From the human T2T-CHM13v2.0 reference genome, Homo sapiens: 64,000 bases of DNA. The stretch lies in the NCBI RefSeq assembly GCF_009914755.1, contig NC_060929.1, one strand, 5' to 3'. The position numbers and the translations under genes are program-made. This document shows positions 30,278 to 45,722 of the stretch, one piece after another. The notes below the pieces were generated by a model, which was not told the origin of the DNA, did not search any database, and worked only from the letters and a program-made list of their open reading frames with translations. Numbering within the stretch: the first letter of the stretch is position 1; each line of letters begins with the position of its first letter.

Positions 30278-30715
30278 TGTTAAAGCCAACTAAATATGGC
30301 CTGAGAAGGACTCCATACTTCTATATTTGAGTCCTTATGGATGAACCCTAACCTATCTTAATAGGCAGACAAGATTGAAAACCTAATTTAGGAGTATGCA
30401 CCTGTAACAATGGCTGAGTCTTGGCCAATCCCAGTGGCCATACTTCAACCATTCACAGAGTGCTAAGTGTTCAAACTGTGTTCAAATAAGGCACACCCCA
30501 ACCTGTAACCAATCCAGCTGTTTCTGTACCTCATTGCTGATTTCTGTACGTCACTTCCCTTTTTTTTTTTTTGTCCACAAATTTGTTCTGACCACGAGGC
30601 ATCCCTGGGGTCTCTCTGAATCTGCTGTGATTCTGGGGACTGCCCGATTCACAAATTGTTCATTGCTCAATTAAATTCCTTTAAATTTAATTTGGCTGAA
30701 GTTTTTCTTATAACA
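30278..30715 (+). mobile_element. MER57A-type ERV1 solo LTR
   Basis: tgttaaagccaactaaatatggcctgagaaggactcc start and gaagtttttcttataaca end. Confidence 0.85.
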
Positions 30716-30730
30716 TCGTATATTATCTAT

Positions 30731-31280
30731 TGAAGGAAACCAAAATATTTCACTTCAAAATATACTTATTTGACATATGTTGACACAGCTGTTTAGAGGG
30801 CTTGCAAACAGCAGTAGCCTTGAAAAGCTGTTGCATCTGTAGAGAAAAACACATGGCAGCCAGGCTTTCTCTGAGGACCTTCCCTTGTCCAGATCTAGGA
30901 AATAATAACTGAAAGTCTGACAACCTTAATGGTCTGAAAGAAATATTTACCCTCTATTCTCTATGAAGGCTGCTATCGGTGCGGTTTCATCTGCATAACA
31001 AGACCACTTTTGCCAGCCAGGCCTCCTCTTCTCCCCGTCCCAAATGTTTTTGCCATAATAACCAGCTTTGCCATGCTCTAAGCCCCTATTCTTTCTGTAA
31101 ACCTCAAGATGACATAAAAGCATCAACCATCTGGCCATTTCTCTGAGTTCTTATATTTCATAAGACTCCCTTACACGTCAATAAATTTGTATGCCTTTTC
31201 TCCCTTTAATTTGTCTTTTGTCAGATGATTTTCAGCAGACCTTCAGAGGGTGAAGAGGAACGTTCCCCTTGGCCCCTACA
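30731..31280 (+). mobile_element. MER39-type ERV1 solo LTR
   Basis: tgaaggaaaccaaaatatttcac start and ccccttggcccctaca end; flanks ctat/ccat. Confidence 0.8.
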
Positions 31281-31459
31281 CCATCATCCAGTTCCGTTAT
31301 AGAGTTAGTTGATTCAACATTCATTCAAAAATGTGTCAAAGCTTTTTGGTACTGGAGACAAAACAATGAATGAGACACCCTTTGCCCACAAGCAAAAAAC
31401 AAAACAAAATGCTATTAAGGGGAAAGGAGACAAATTATCATTTTTCTTTGAAATATAAT

Positions 31460-34400
31460 TTGGACTTCCAAATTCAGCTCAGAAATAAAGAGTTTGAAAG
31501 TCATCAAGCCCATCTTCACAAAAAAAAATGCTAACAAACTGAAAATTAACAACTTTTCTTAGATTCGTCAGAGAATTGAGGCTCCAGGGCAAACACTCCA
31601 AAAACCAGAGGAAAAAAAAAGAAAAGTAACCATCTTGAAATAGCCCGCAGCATTCTCCATAACAAAGGCCTTTCCCTCAAGAGAAACTACTTACCACAGC
31701 TTTTTTCTACCTATTATTTAACCACAAAAAGAAATTAAGTACTAATATATGTTACAACATACATGTTACAACCTTGAAAACATTATGCTAAGTGAAAGAA
31801 GCCAGTCACAAAAGTCCAAATATATTATTTCATTTATATGGAATATCAGATATCAAATATGGATAACAAATAGGAAAATCAATAGAAACACAGAGTAGAC
31901 TAGTGTTTGCTTAGGACTGGGAAGGCGCAGGGAGTTGGAGAGGACGGAGGGCATAGGGATAGGTAGGTGACAGTTAAAGGTAGAGGGTTTCTTTTTGAAG
32001 TGATGACATATTTTAAATTGACTGGTGATGGTTGCAAATATCTTTGGATATACTAGAAACCAATTAATTTGTACATTTTAAATTGGTAAGTTAAATGGTA
32101 TGTGAATTACATCTCAATAAAGCCCTTTTGAAAAAAAAAAGGGATGAAGATATATGATAATACTAATCAAAAGATAATTCCAGGCCAGGCAGTGGCTCAC
32201 CCCTGTAATCCCAGCACTTTGGGAGTCCAAGGCAGGAGCACTGCTTAAGCCCAAGAGTTCAACATCAGCCTAGGCAACACAGTGAGACTCCCATCTCTCC
32301 AAAAATGTTTAAAAATCAGCCAAGCATGGTGGCGTGCACCTATGGTCCCAGCTACTCGGGAAGCGGAGGCAGGAGAATCGCTTGAGCCTGGGAGGTCAAG
32401 GCTACAGTGAGTGAACCATGATTGTGCCACTACACTCAAGCTTGAGCAACAGAACGAGACCTTGTCTTAAAAAAAAAAAAAAAAAAAAAGTAACTGCAGT
32501 CTGCAATAGCTATATAAACTACAGACAAAGCAGACATCAGAAGGAAACTTATGAGGATGAAGAAAGGCATTACATAATAACAAGAGTCAATTCTCCAAAA
32601 AGACATAACAATCTTTTAACATGTATGTACTTAAAAATTCACTGTTCACAACATGTAAGGCAAAAACCAATAGAACTGAAAAAAGAAACAGACAAATCCA
32701 GTAATACAGTTGGAGACTTCAGTACAACCTTGTCAGTAACTGGTAGATCAAGCAGACAAAAAAATCAGTAAGGATATTGTTGGCCTGAACAGCATTATCA
32801 ATCAACTTGATCTAATTGATATTTATAGAATAGTCCACCAACAACAAAATACACATTCTTCTCAAGTTCACATGAAACACTCACCAAAACAGACCACATT
32901 CTGGGCCATAAAACATACCCTGACAAATTTAAAATAGAAATCATACAAAGTATGCTCTCAGACTACAATGGAATTAAATTAGAGCCAGAAAACTTGCTGG
33001 AAAACTCCGCAGTATTGGAGATTAAACAACATACTTCTAAGTAAACCACGGGTCAAGAGATAAGTCCCAAGGGAAATTTTTAAATATTTTGAACTAAACG
33101 AAAATGAAAATACAACTTATCAAAATGTGTGGGAAGCAGCAAAAGCACTGCTTAGAGAGATATTCATAGCATTAAAATGCACATTAAGAAAAAGGAAAGA
33201 CCTGAAAATCAACAGTCTGAGCTTCCTCCTTAAAAACACAACAACAACAAAAACAACAACAACAACAAAAGCTAGATAGGGCCATGCATTGTGGCTCATG
33301 CCTCTAATCCCAGAGGCAGGAGGGTCACTTGAGGCCAGGAGCTCAAGACCAGCCTGAGCAATGTAGCAAGACTCTGTCTTGACAAAAAAATTTAAAAAAA
33401 AAAAAAAAAAGCTAGAGAAAGACGAGCAATTTAAGCCTGAAGCAAGCACTATAAAAAGAAAAGAAAGAGTAAAACCTAAGATGGAAATCAGTGAAGTTCA
33501 AAATAGGAAGACAACAGAAAAAATCAATGAAATCAAAAGCTGACTGTTATAGAAGGAATTGTGTCCTCCCCAAAATTCATATGTTGAAGTCCTAACCCCT
33601 AGTAGCTCAGAATATGATGGTATTTAGAGATAGAAAAATCACCTTTAAAGAAGTGATTAAGTTAAAATGAAGCCATTAGGGTGGTCCCTATTCTAATCTA
33701 ACTGGTATGATTATAAGAAGAGGAAATTTGGACACAAAAGAAGAGATGGCAGGGGCACACCTGTTCAGAGGGACAACCATATGAACAGGCAATGAGAGGG
33801 CAACCAACTGTAAGCCAAGGAGAGGCCTCAGGAGAAACCAAATCTACTGGCCTCTTGATCTTGGAGTTCTAAACTCAAGAACTGTGGAAAATAAACTTCT
33901 CTTTGGCCACCCAGTATGTGGTATTTTATTATGGCAGTCCTAGCAAACTAATACACTGGTTCTTTGAAAAGATCAATTAAATTGATAAAACTACACCTGA
34001 GGTAATCAAAAAAAAAAGAGCAAAGACACAATTACTGATATCAGAAATAAAAAGGGTGATCATTACTGATTCCAAAGTCATTAAGAAAATAATAAATACT
34101 ACAAAAAACTCAATGCCCACAAATTTCATAGTTAGGAGGAAATTAACTAATTCCTTGAAAAACAAACTATCAAAACTCACACAAGGAGAAATACGAAAAC
34201 TGAAAAGCTCTATGTCTATTAAAGAAATTGAATCGATAATTAATAATCTTCTAAAAAAGAAATCACCAGGCCCAGGTGGTTTCAGCAGTGAATTCTCTCA
34301 AACATTTCAGGAAGAAATGGTATCAATTCTCCACAATCTCTTCCAGATCCTAAAAACAGACAGAACATTGCCTAATTCATTCTATAAGGCCAGCATTACC

Positions 34401-34948
34401 CTCATATCAAAACCAAATAAAGGCATTACAAGAAAGGAAAACTATAGATCAATATCCCTTATGAATATAAAGGCAAAAATTCTCAACAAAATATCAGCAA
34501 ATTAAATCCAAAAAGTTATCTATCATCACAAACCAGATTTATTACAGGGATGGAAGGTTGGTTTAACATTCAAAATCAATAAATGTAATCACCCACATCA
34601 ATGGACTAAAGAAGAAACATCAAAGGACTGTATCAATTCACAAAGAAAACGCATTTGACAAAACCCAAAGCCCACTCATGATAAAAACTCTCCACAAACT
34701 AGGAATAGGGGAGAATGTCCTCAGTTTAGTAAAGAACATTTCCAAAATACCTATAGCTAGCATTATACGTAATTGTTCTCTAAGACTGAGAACAAAACAA
34801 GGATGTCCTCTCACCACTGCTATTCAATCCCTAGCTATTGAAATAAGAAAAGGGAACCAAAGATATACAAACTAGAAAGATGAAACAAAACCATATATAC
34901 TCCTCAGAAGACCTAATCATCTATGTAGAAAAGTCCAGGGAACTGACC

Positions 34949-34991
<43 letters not shown>

Positions 34992-35339
34992 AAATAACCT
35001 CCAAGAACAAGTAAATAAGTACAGCAAGGTCACAAGATATAAGGTTAATATACAAAAGTCAATTGCTTTCCCACATACTAGCAACAAAAAATTCACATTT
35101 GTAATTGTTTTAAATACCATTAAAATAGTCCTGCAAAAATGAAATTCTTAGGTGTGAATCTATTAAAATACGTAAAGTACCTGTATGTGAAACACTAAAA
35201 AACACTGATAAAAAGCAAAAAGGACTGGGCACAGTGGCTCACATCTGTAATCCCAGCACTTTGGGAGGCCAAAGCAGGTGGATCCCTTTAGCCTAGGAGT
35301 TTAAGACTGGCCTGGGCAACATAGTGAGACCTTGTCTCC

Positions 35340-35373
<34 letters not shown>

Positions 35374-35400
35374 CAAAGAATATCTAAATAACTGCTTTAG
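31460..35400 (+). mobile_element. Degenerate L1M (ORF2 endonuclease/RT remnants) with nested AluJ (32182-32489), Alu monomers and MLT1
   Basis: ORF-track peptides match L1 ORF2 (VGDFSTTLS; KKSPGPGGFSSEF...LPNSFYKASITLISKP...ENYRSISLMNI). Confidence 0.9.
33545..33955 (+). mobile_element. MLT1B-type solo LTR
   Basis: aattcatatgttgaagtcctaacccc near the start and atggcagtcctagcaaactaataca end. Confidence 0.85.
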
Positions 35401-35959
35401 ATTTACAGAATTATTGCAAAAATAGTACAGAGAATTCCTATATACACCACACCCAGTTTCCCTTATTATCTAAAAGTAAAATACATGAAAACAATAACAC
35501 AAAAAATAGAAGGAGATTGCATGGAATTATATTTTTATAAGGTTCTTATGTTATATATTTAATGTATAATGTTATTAATTCAAGGTAAACAGTGATAAAG
35601 TAAGAATACATAGTATAATCCAAAGACTAACCACAAAAGGCATACCTAAAAAGCCAGCAAAGAAATAGAATGGAACGCTAAGAAAAACTTAGTAACCCAG
35701 AAGAAAGACATAAAAGAGGAACAAAAGATCAAATAACTGATAGGACTAATAGAAGACAAATATCACTATGGTATTCACTGGTAATGTAAAAGAAAACAAG
35801 TCAATAACTACATCCAGGAAAATGAAATAAACTCCCCAATTAAACAACAGAGATTGTTAGATTAAATTTAAAAACCAAGACCCATACCATATAAACACTA
35901 GCACCCACACATAGTAGACTTTAAGACAAAGAGTATTACCAGAGATAAAGAAAGACATT

Positions 35960-36725
35960 TGTGATATTGTGAAATATATATTTGGTCTTCTTTCCGTTTC
36001 CTGGAATACAACTCCTAAAATCCTTAGAATCTTCAAAGTGTTGTTTTTTTGTATGCTAATATTGACTGACAGCTCCAGGGTGGGATTAGTCACTGGAAAG
36101 ACTAAGGGGAAGGAGAGAGGCTAAAGGTCAAGTTGATCACCAGTGGCCAATGGCTTAATCAATCATGCCTGAATGATGAAGCCTAAATAAAAACCCAAGC
36201 AGACAGGGTTCAGAGAGCTGAACATGTGGCCATTCCTGGAGGGTAGTGCACCAGGGAAGGCATGGAAGCTCTGCAGCCCTTTCTCTGTACCTTGCATTAC
36301 GTATCTCACCTGTACCCTTTGTAATATCCTTTATCATAAACTGGTAAACATTAAGTGTTTCTAACTAACTGAACCCAAACCAAGAGTTGTGGAAGCCCCA
36401 ACTTGAAGCTGATCAGTCAGAAGTTCCTGAGGCCCGGACTTGCCAATGGTGTCTGAAGCGGGGAAGGGGCAGTCTTGGGAACTGAGCCCTCATCCTGTGG
36501 GATGTGACACTATCCCCACGTAGGCAGGGTCAGAATTGAACTGGAAGACACCCAACTAGTATTATTGCAAAATTGACTGCTTGCTTGCTTGCTTGCTTGC
36601 TCGCTCGCTTGCTTGTGGGGAGAAATCCTCACATATTTGGGGGTCTCGGAAGTTTTCTGTGTTGAAGTTTGTGGTGTTGACACCACAGCAGAGGAAAAAT
36701 GGTTGAGAGTTTTTCCAACAACACA
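35960..36725 (+). mobile_element. MER21-type solo LTR with (GCTT)n tract
   Basis: tgtgatattgtgaaatatatatttggtc start; ttaatcaatcatgcct. Confidence 0.8.
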
Positions 36726-39500
36726 TAATAATGATAAAAGGACTAGTGCATCAAGTTAACATAATAATACGAAATACATATTCACCTACTTGAAGAGTTT
36801 TCAAATAGATAAAACAGGAACCAAAAGAACAAAATGTAAAAATAAACAAATCCCTAATCATAGCTGGAGATTTTAACACAATTTCCTTGATATTTGAGAG
36901 AAAACATGCTCATAAAATCAGTCAAAATACAGAAGATTTGAATAACACTATCAACCATCTTGACCTAATTGATAGTTTGTGTAACACTACATCTGACAAC
37001 TGAGGAATATAGTCTTTTCTTGTGCATATAGAATATTTACCAAAAGACAGATCACATGCCAGAACACAAAACAAGTATCAATAAAATTTTTAAACCTAAA
37101 ATCACAGAGTATAAACAAATAAGAGTAGAAATCAAAATAAACATAATCATGATACATCTAAAACTTCCCCAAATATCTGGAAATTAAGCGACACACTCCT
37201 GAACAATCCATGTGTGAAAGAAGAAATCACAAAAGTAATTTTAAAATATTTTGAACTGAACAAACCAAAATCACAATATAACAGAATTGGTGGGATATAT
37301 AAAGCAATGGTTAAGAAGAGAAACTTGGCCAGGAATCGTGGCTCTCACTTGTAATCCCAGCACTTTGGGAGGCCAAAGGGGGTAAGATACTTTGAGGCCA
37401 GGAGTTCAAGACCAGCCTGGGCAACATAGCGAGACCCTGTCTCTACAAAAGAAAACTTTTAATTGAGCCCAAGAGTTCAAGGCTACAGTGAGCTATGTGT
37501 GTGCCACTGTACTTCAAGCCTGGAAAACAAGACCCTGTCTAAAAAAAAAAAGGAAAAATTTATAGATTTACAGCTGAAATGTTTATATGCACGGGCCAGG
37601 CACAGTAGCTCACATCTGTAATCCTAGCACTTTGGAAGGCCAAGATGAGAGGATCACTTGAGGCCAGGAGTTTGAGACGAGGCCAGTCAACATAGCAAGA
37701 CCCCATCTCAATTTATTTTTTTTTTAAATTTATGCTTATATGAATGAACAAAAAGTTTTAAAATCTGTTATCTAATCTTCTACTAAAAAAAGAAAAAAGA
37801 GAAATTAAATCCAAAGCAAGAAAAAAATTGACAATAAAGAGTAGAAATCAATTAGAAAACCAAACAAAGAAAAACACAAAGCCAAATCTTGATTCTTTAA
37901 AGAGATCGACCAAAACAGACTAAGAAAAAAGAAAAGACACAAATTACCTAAATCAGGAATTAAAAGAGGTTACCACTACAGATTCTACAGACATGAAAAT
38001 AACAATAAATAAATGCTACAAGCAACTTTATGACAATAAATTCAACAATTTAGATAACTTGTACCATTTCTTTGAAAGGTACAAAATATAAAAACTGACA
38101 CAAAAATAAATGGAAAATATGAAATGCCTTATGTTTAATAAATGAATTATATTTGTAAGAAAAAAACCTTCCCACAAATTATAATATGACCAGGTGGGCT
38201 TTATCTTAGAAATAGAAGGGTTTTAACATGCAGAAATCAATCAATATAATACACTATATTAACAGAATTAAGGAGAGAATCTACATGATCATTTTAATAG
38301 ATGCATTTCACAAAACTCAACAAACACCCATTCATAATTAAAACTCTCATCATTTTAGAAACTGATAAATGACATTGTATAACATGGTTATTACAGTTAA
38401 TGTATTGTATACTTGAAAACAGCCATGAAGGCAGCTCTTATATGTTATCACTGCAAAAAAAAAAAAAAACCATAAAACTATTGTTATAAATCTGTTTAAT
38501 ACAGTTGTTGCCTTGGCATCCATTTTAGGCCTGACGTAAGTTATCTGTAATCCAGCCAACCCTATCACCTTTGGCCTAGTTAAAACTTTCCCTCCCTGTG
38601 TGGTGTTTGCCATATAGCCTACTTGTTCCTCACTAATCCAAAACCCAACACATCACATAGCTGCTGACCACAATAAAACCTAAAGGTCAATACCAGAGTC
38701 ATATGAATAAGCTCCCCCTTCACATTGTTCTCTTTAAACTAGCCAGTCTACAACCCACAGGGAAATCCCAAGGGATAATCCCCACAGACCTTAATAAAGG
38801 CATAATCCCACAGGTCTCCCCTTCCCACCCACCCAGCGGTTGAATCCCCTGTTGTTTCCAGACTTCCCTTTGGCCTCACACTGGCATCCTAACCTCTCTG
38901 GTATCTGTGTGTAATAAACTTCTTTCCTTTCATGCATTTTGGCTTCACTTCCTCATTATGTCTCTCCTGACACAGCCATACTATAGTATTCTCAATATTA
39001 CTGAACGTTTTGAACAAATCTTAACTATGTGAGGTGATAAATTTGTTAATTAGCTTGATTGTGCTAATCATTTCACAATGTATACATACATCAAAACATC
39101 ACACTGTACATGATAAATATAACTTTTATCTATCAATTATACCTCAATAATGCTTGGTGGGGAGAAACATACAGCCGATATCATAGTTAATAACGTCCAC
39201 AGAGTTTGGGACCAAGGTAAAGATGTTGGCTTTCACCACTTCCAATAAACATTATACTAAAGGTATCAGTTATTGCAATGCGGCAAGGAAAAAAAAAGGA
39301 TAAGTATCAGAAAGGAAGAAATATAAATGATCTCATTTGCAGATGACAATGCTGCTTACATAGAAAGTTCCAGGGAATCTACAAAACAATTTCTACAACT
39401 AACAGACGAATTTAGAAAGTTACTGGATATGGGGTTAATATATAAAAACCAATTGTTTTCTTATATACTAGAGGCAAAAATTTACAAAGGACACCAAAAG
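36726..39500 (+). mobile_element. Degenerate L1M ORF2 remnants with nested Alu pieces and an LTR (~38480-38990, LTR47-like)
   Basis: atcatagctggagattttaac; ISFADD (RT active-site-like) in ORF 39327-39515. Confidence 0.75.
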
Positions 39501-39680
39501 CAGTATGTCTCTTAATCATTCCCCGATGATTTCATCATGTACTCTAACAAAAGCCTAAATTAATCATTCAATTACCACATTTATATTAATAGTTCTAATT
39601 TGCTTTAATTTAAAATTCATCAGCAAATAATAATTTACTGGCCAGGCCCAGTGGCTCATGCCTGTAGTCCCAGCTGCTCA

Positions 39681-39827
<147 letters not shown>

Positions 39828-39882
39828 TTAGGCACCATAGGGGAAAAAAAACTGAACTAAATCTAATACAAGAACCCTACCA

Positions 39883-39931
39883 AAAAAAAAAAAAAAAAAG
39901 TTGTGGAAGATATTTAAGAAAAAAAAAAAAA
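39883..39931 (+). mobile_element. Orphan retro-insertion: A-tract, 19-nt tag, A-tract
   Basis: 13-bp TSD aagaaccctacca at 39870-39882 and 39932-39944. Confidence 0.75.
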
Positions 39932-40268
39932 AAGAACCCTACCATCTACCAACTGAAAGGCACTTTTAACAAAAATGATATAAACACTAAGTATATTTGC
40001 CTTTTAAGTTAAACATACATTACTATGAAATTCAGATAATGCTATCATTCCTTTGCTTATACATTATTTATTTTTTTATTTCTGATTTTGTTTTGTTTTG
40101 TTTTGTCTTGTATTATTTTGTGTGGTCAGGGGTTAGCAGAACCTAAATTTTTTGACTAATTTCCACTCTTTAGACCATGAATAAGCTGAAAGAAATAAGC
40201 TGAAAGAAACCATTTTTTAAGATCTGTGTAGAAAAGAATTATTTACATTGCCCTAACAGTTAATTTAC

Positions 40269-40363
40269 CTTTCTTCACTGAAGCGACGACCGATCTTCAC
40301 TTTACACTTGTCCTGGGGGAGGCATGCTGCTAGTAGAGGAACTGTACGCAACACTTTGTTTTC
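40269..40363 (-). CDS. DTWD2: DTWD2 coding exon (probably exon 3), 95 nt
   Basis: ttaaag|GAAAACAAAG...GAAGAAAG|gtaaat. Translates [31 protein letters not shown](R). Phase 0 in and phase 2 out match both neighbouring exons. Confidence 0.97.
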
Positions 40364-42237
40364 CTTTAATTAAAAAATGAATTGAAACATAGATTTTTAC
40401 TTAGATATACACACTTTTAAATATTTTATAATGAACATCTGATTCATAACTTTATGCATAACTTTCACAAGTCTTTTACTAAAGACCACAGTTTAATAAA
40501 AAGAGGTAAAATTTCTCTGATTTATCAGTATTAACCATAACACAAGCATACATTTTTATTCTATTTGGGTATGTTTTACAGGTTTACTGATCAAAGAAGA
40601 TTACATTAATATATATAATGATTAAGATTATTAAAATGTAAATTTGTGTTTAACTAAATTGAATCATTTACTCTGACAAGTTTTTCATTTCACAAGTAAT
40701 TACATTTTGCACTATGCCAGCTTGAAGATAATTGCCTAGATCTTTATGCCCAAAAAAGCAAGGAAGTGCTCAGAAAACAAAACAATCGGTTCTTCCCAGC
40801 ATAGCCTCTTTACTTAAATTAAAAATTTTTTTAAAAAAGAAAACAAAACAATGGGGTATGTCAAAGGGACACAGAAGCCAATCTTAAAGAGCTCCCAATG
40901 GCTAAAATTGAACAATCTGAGCAAGAAAATAAATAACACAGTACTGGGTTATAACCCAAAGTACAAATTAGAGTCCAGAATGATATAAATAAATGACTTA
41001 ATAAATAAATGGGGGAGAAGAAACAAATCTTCCTTACAAAAGAATTCCAAATAATAAATGTAAATACTCCCCCCTCCTGAAGGTGGAACTTAATCTCTTC
41101 CTCCCACTTGAGTGTGGGCTGGATTTATGGCCTTGCTTCCAAAGAATATAGAGTATGGAAAGAGAACAAAAATAATAACTTTAGAGTGGAGAAATCTGGT
41201 GGCCATTTCTGAAAAAGCCATTAAGTTGACTGTCGTCAGTGGTTTCTTCAATGTCCTAGCTTCCATCACTGGAAACCATCTTTCTTGTTGCCACGAGAAT
41301 TCTACCTTGAATCCCATAGAGCCAAGTGATTAGTTACTCCGCCTTAGGTGGTTTTAGGACATTTTCCAATGTTTAATACAATGTTCTTCTCTCTTTACCA
41401 TCACCATGAGACTGTGACACAAACTTAATCAGTTTCTAAACCTTTATCAAAGTAATACATGTATATATGTCAAATTAAATAGTGCCATAAGATTTAAAAT
41501 GCCACAGTTGTTCCCAGATGTACTCCCCAGTACCACATCCTGGAGGCAATCACTTTAACTCTTTTGGCTATTTCTTCTGGTAGTTATCTCCATATAACCA
41601 TACAATATATGTTGTTTTTCTATTTCTTGATTTATCGATTTTAGATATTATCCAAAAACTACCAATTATCATCATCATAACAGCTAATATTAAGGCACAC
41701 AATTCTAAGTACAATACAAAGAGAGAGAGAAATATATCTTTTGTCATATCCATTTTACTAATGAGGAAACTGAAACACAGAGATGTTAATTAACTTGCTC
41801 AAAGTTTCAGAGTTTATAGAACTATTAAGAATTTGAACTCAGGCAGTCTAGCTCCACAGCCCTTAAGTACTGCCTCTCATAACAAATGAGGATTTAGCTT
41901 TCTAATACCACTCCTTCCTCTCACATCTAATATTATTAGTTAAGTCAATAAACAGTGTTTGCATCTTCACGACTAAATACACATTGTTCACAAAGGCCAA
42001 GTCCTTTAACATAAGATTATTTTCTTGTAAAGCTTTCTGTTATTTTTGAGATAGCTTTTCTATTTTTACCCTTAGGTAATTTTACATGTATGTATACCTA
42101 CTCTTTGAAATGCTCCATCATATCACCTCCATATCATCTACTCCACCAAGTCTTCTTTTCCCAAAGCCCCCTCCTAGAGCCTATCTAAATGGTTAATAAC
42201 TTTTCTATGGGAGAGTCAAAAACTAGCAAATCCTTTT

Positions 42238-43200
42238 TTCTTTTTATTATATATATATTTTTATTATACTGTAAGTTCTAGGGTACATGTGCACAATGTG
42301 CAGATTTGTTACATATGTATACATGTGCCATGTTGGTGTGCTGCACCCATTAACTCGTCATTTACATTAGGTCTATCTCCTAATGCTATCCCTCCCCACA
42401 CCCCTCACCCTACAACAGGCCCCGGTGTGTGATGTTCCCCTTCCTGTGTCCAAGTGTTCTCATTGTTCAATTCCCACCTATGAGTGAGAACATGCAGTGT
42501 TTGGTTTTCTTGTCCTTGTGATATAGTTTGCTAAGAATGATGGTTTCCAGCTTCATCCATGTCCTACAAAGGACATGAACTCATCATTTTTTATGGCTGC
42601 ATAGTATTCCATGGTGTATATGTGCCACATTTTCTTAATCCAGTCTATCATTGTTGGACATTTAGGTTGGTTCCAAGTCTTTGCTATTGTGAGTAGTGCT
42701 GCAATAAACATACGTGTGCATGTGTCTTTATAGCAGCATGATTTATATTCCTTTGGGTATACACCCAGTAATGGGATGGCTGGGTCAAATGGTATTTCTA
42801 GTTCTAGATCCCTGAGGAATCGCCACACAGACTTCCACAATGGTTGAACTAGTTTACAGTCCCATCAACAGTGTAAAAGTGTTCCTATTTCTCCACATCC
42901 TCTCCAGCACCTGTTGTTTCCTGACTTTTTAATGATCGCCATTCTAACTGGTGTGAGATCATATCTCATTGTGGTTTTGATTTGCATTTCTCTGATGGCC
43001 AGTGATGAAGAGCATTTTTTCATGTGTCTGTTGGCTGCATAAATGTCTTCTTTTGAGAAGTGTCTGTTCATATCCTTTGTCCACTTTTTGATGGGGTTCT
43101 TTGTTTTTTTCTTGTAAATTTGTTTGAGTTCTTTGTAGATTCTGGATATTAGCCCTTTTTCAGATGAGTAGATTGCAAAAATTTTCTCTCATTCTGTAGG
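42238..43200 (-). mobile_element. 5'-truncated L1PA (L1PA4/5-like), ~960 bp
   Basis: Well-preserved ORF2 C-terminal peptides ([14 protein letters not shown]), non-Ta GAG 3'UTR allele, 15-bp TSD ctagcaaatcctttt at 42223-42237 and 43201-43215. Confidence 0.95.
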
Positions 43201-43300
43201 CTAGCAAATCCTTTTATTGGAAATGGTGTGCTGAAGTTAAGCACAGGCAGCCCAGTATTAATAAGTTAGATGAAAACTGGAAAATTCCTTTGCTAAGAAT

Positions 43301-44827
<1,527 letters not shown>

Positions 44828-45631
44828 GTGTTTCATCATTTGAAAGAAAGAAAAGATTAATTTCTTTTATACCTCTGTTAAAGTCTTCAAGTGATCCAGA
44901 CTTGAGAAATTTAAAAAATAATTATTCCTTCTTAGAAAGCTTGACTGCGTCTATGATGTCCTCAGTTCCTAAATACTGAAAGAGTTTTAACTGCATTTTA
45001 CAGCAAATAATTTCATAGTATGCATTGAGTAGCTTTGTATTAATTATAACTTCCTCCCCTCTTCATTATGCAGCTAATCAAGAGTTACAAACACATATAC
45101 ACACTGGCACATATGTATTTTACCTGCACAAGAAAGTATTAATTTTAAAATCTTTACATATAACATGCATTATAAAATATACATGTTTCTTCTATTCATC
45201 TAAAATAAACCAAAAATTTATTTATACATTCACTTTGTAAGAGTAAAATGCCAAAGTTACTTCTACTGGAGCAAGAAAAGACATCAAGCATCAAGAAACA
45301 TAAGCTATGACCAAAATTTAAAAAGCAATGATTTTCTTAGCTCTTTATTCACAAAACCTCATTTTTTCTTCATACAAAATTGTTGGGAGTTTTAAATTTC
45401 TATACTATTCAATAACATAGATTTTGTGAAATGGTATCTCTCTCTAGAGCATAAGACTCTATACTATCAGTTGAAATTAAAAAGAAACTATTTTTTCCAA
45501 AAGAGAAAGCATTTATCACCAACTTCTTTTCAGAAATGCTAAAGAGCTGGTAAGGATAAGTATGTTTATCTTCGTGTTTCCTCTTGTGGACTCATATTCT
45601 ATTTGAAATCCTGTATTTTACAAAATCTTAC

Positions 45632-45722
45632 CTCTGCTGGATGCTGAATTATGTACAAGTGGGTAGAGATATGCAGAGGGTGCGCTGGGAGAAATGGACA
45701 CAAACACACTTTCTGAGGCCGG
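45632..45722 (-). CDS. DTWD2: DTWD2 coding exon (probably exon 2), 91 nt
   Basis: Minus strand ccctttag|CCGGCCTCAG...CCAGCAGAG|gtaaga. Translates (S)[30 protein letters not shown], with the DTW-family CxC and QHPxE motifs. Phase 2 in, phase 0 out. Confidence 0.97.

Noticed and set aside
34056-34505. 149-aa ORF with reverse-transcriptase-like sequence
   Set aside because: Fragment of a decayed L1 ORF2, with stops and frameshifts on both sides.
40180-40209. 14-bp tandem duplication aataagctgaaaga near the exon 3 donor (similar ones near 2622 and 3961)
   Set aside because: Ordinary slippage duplications with nothing suggesting function.
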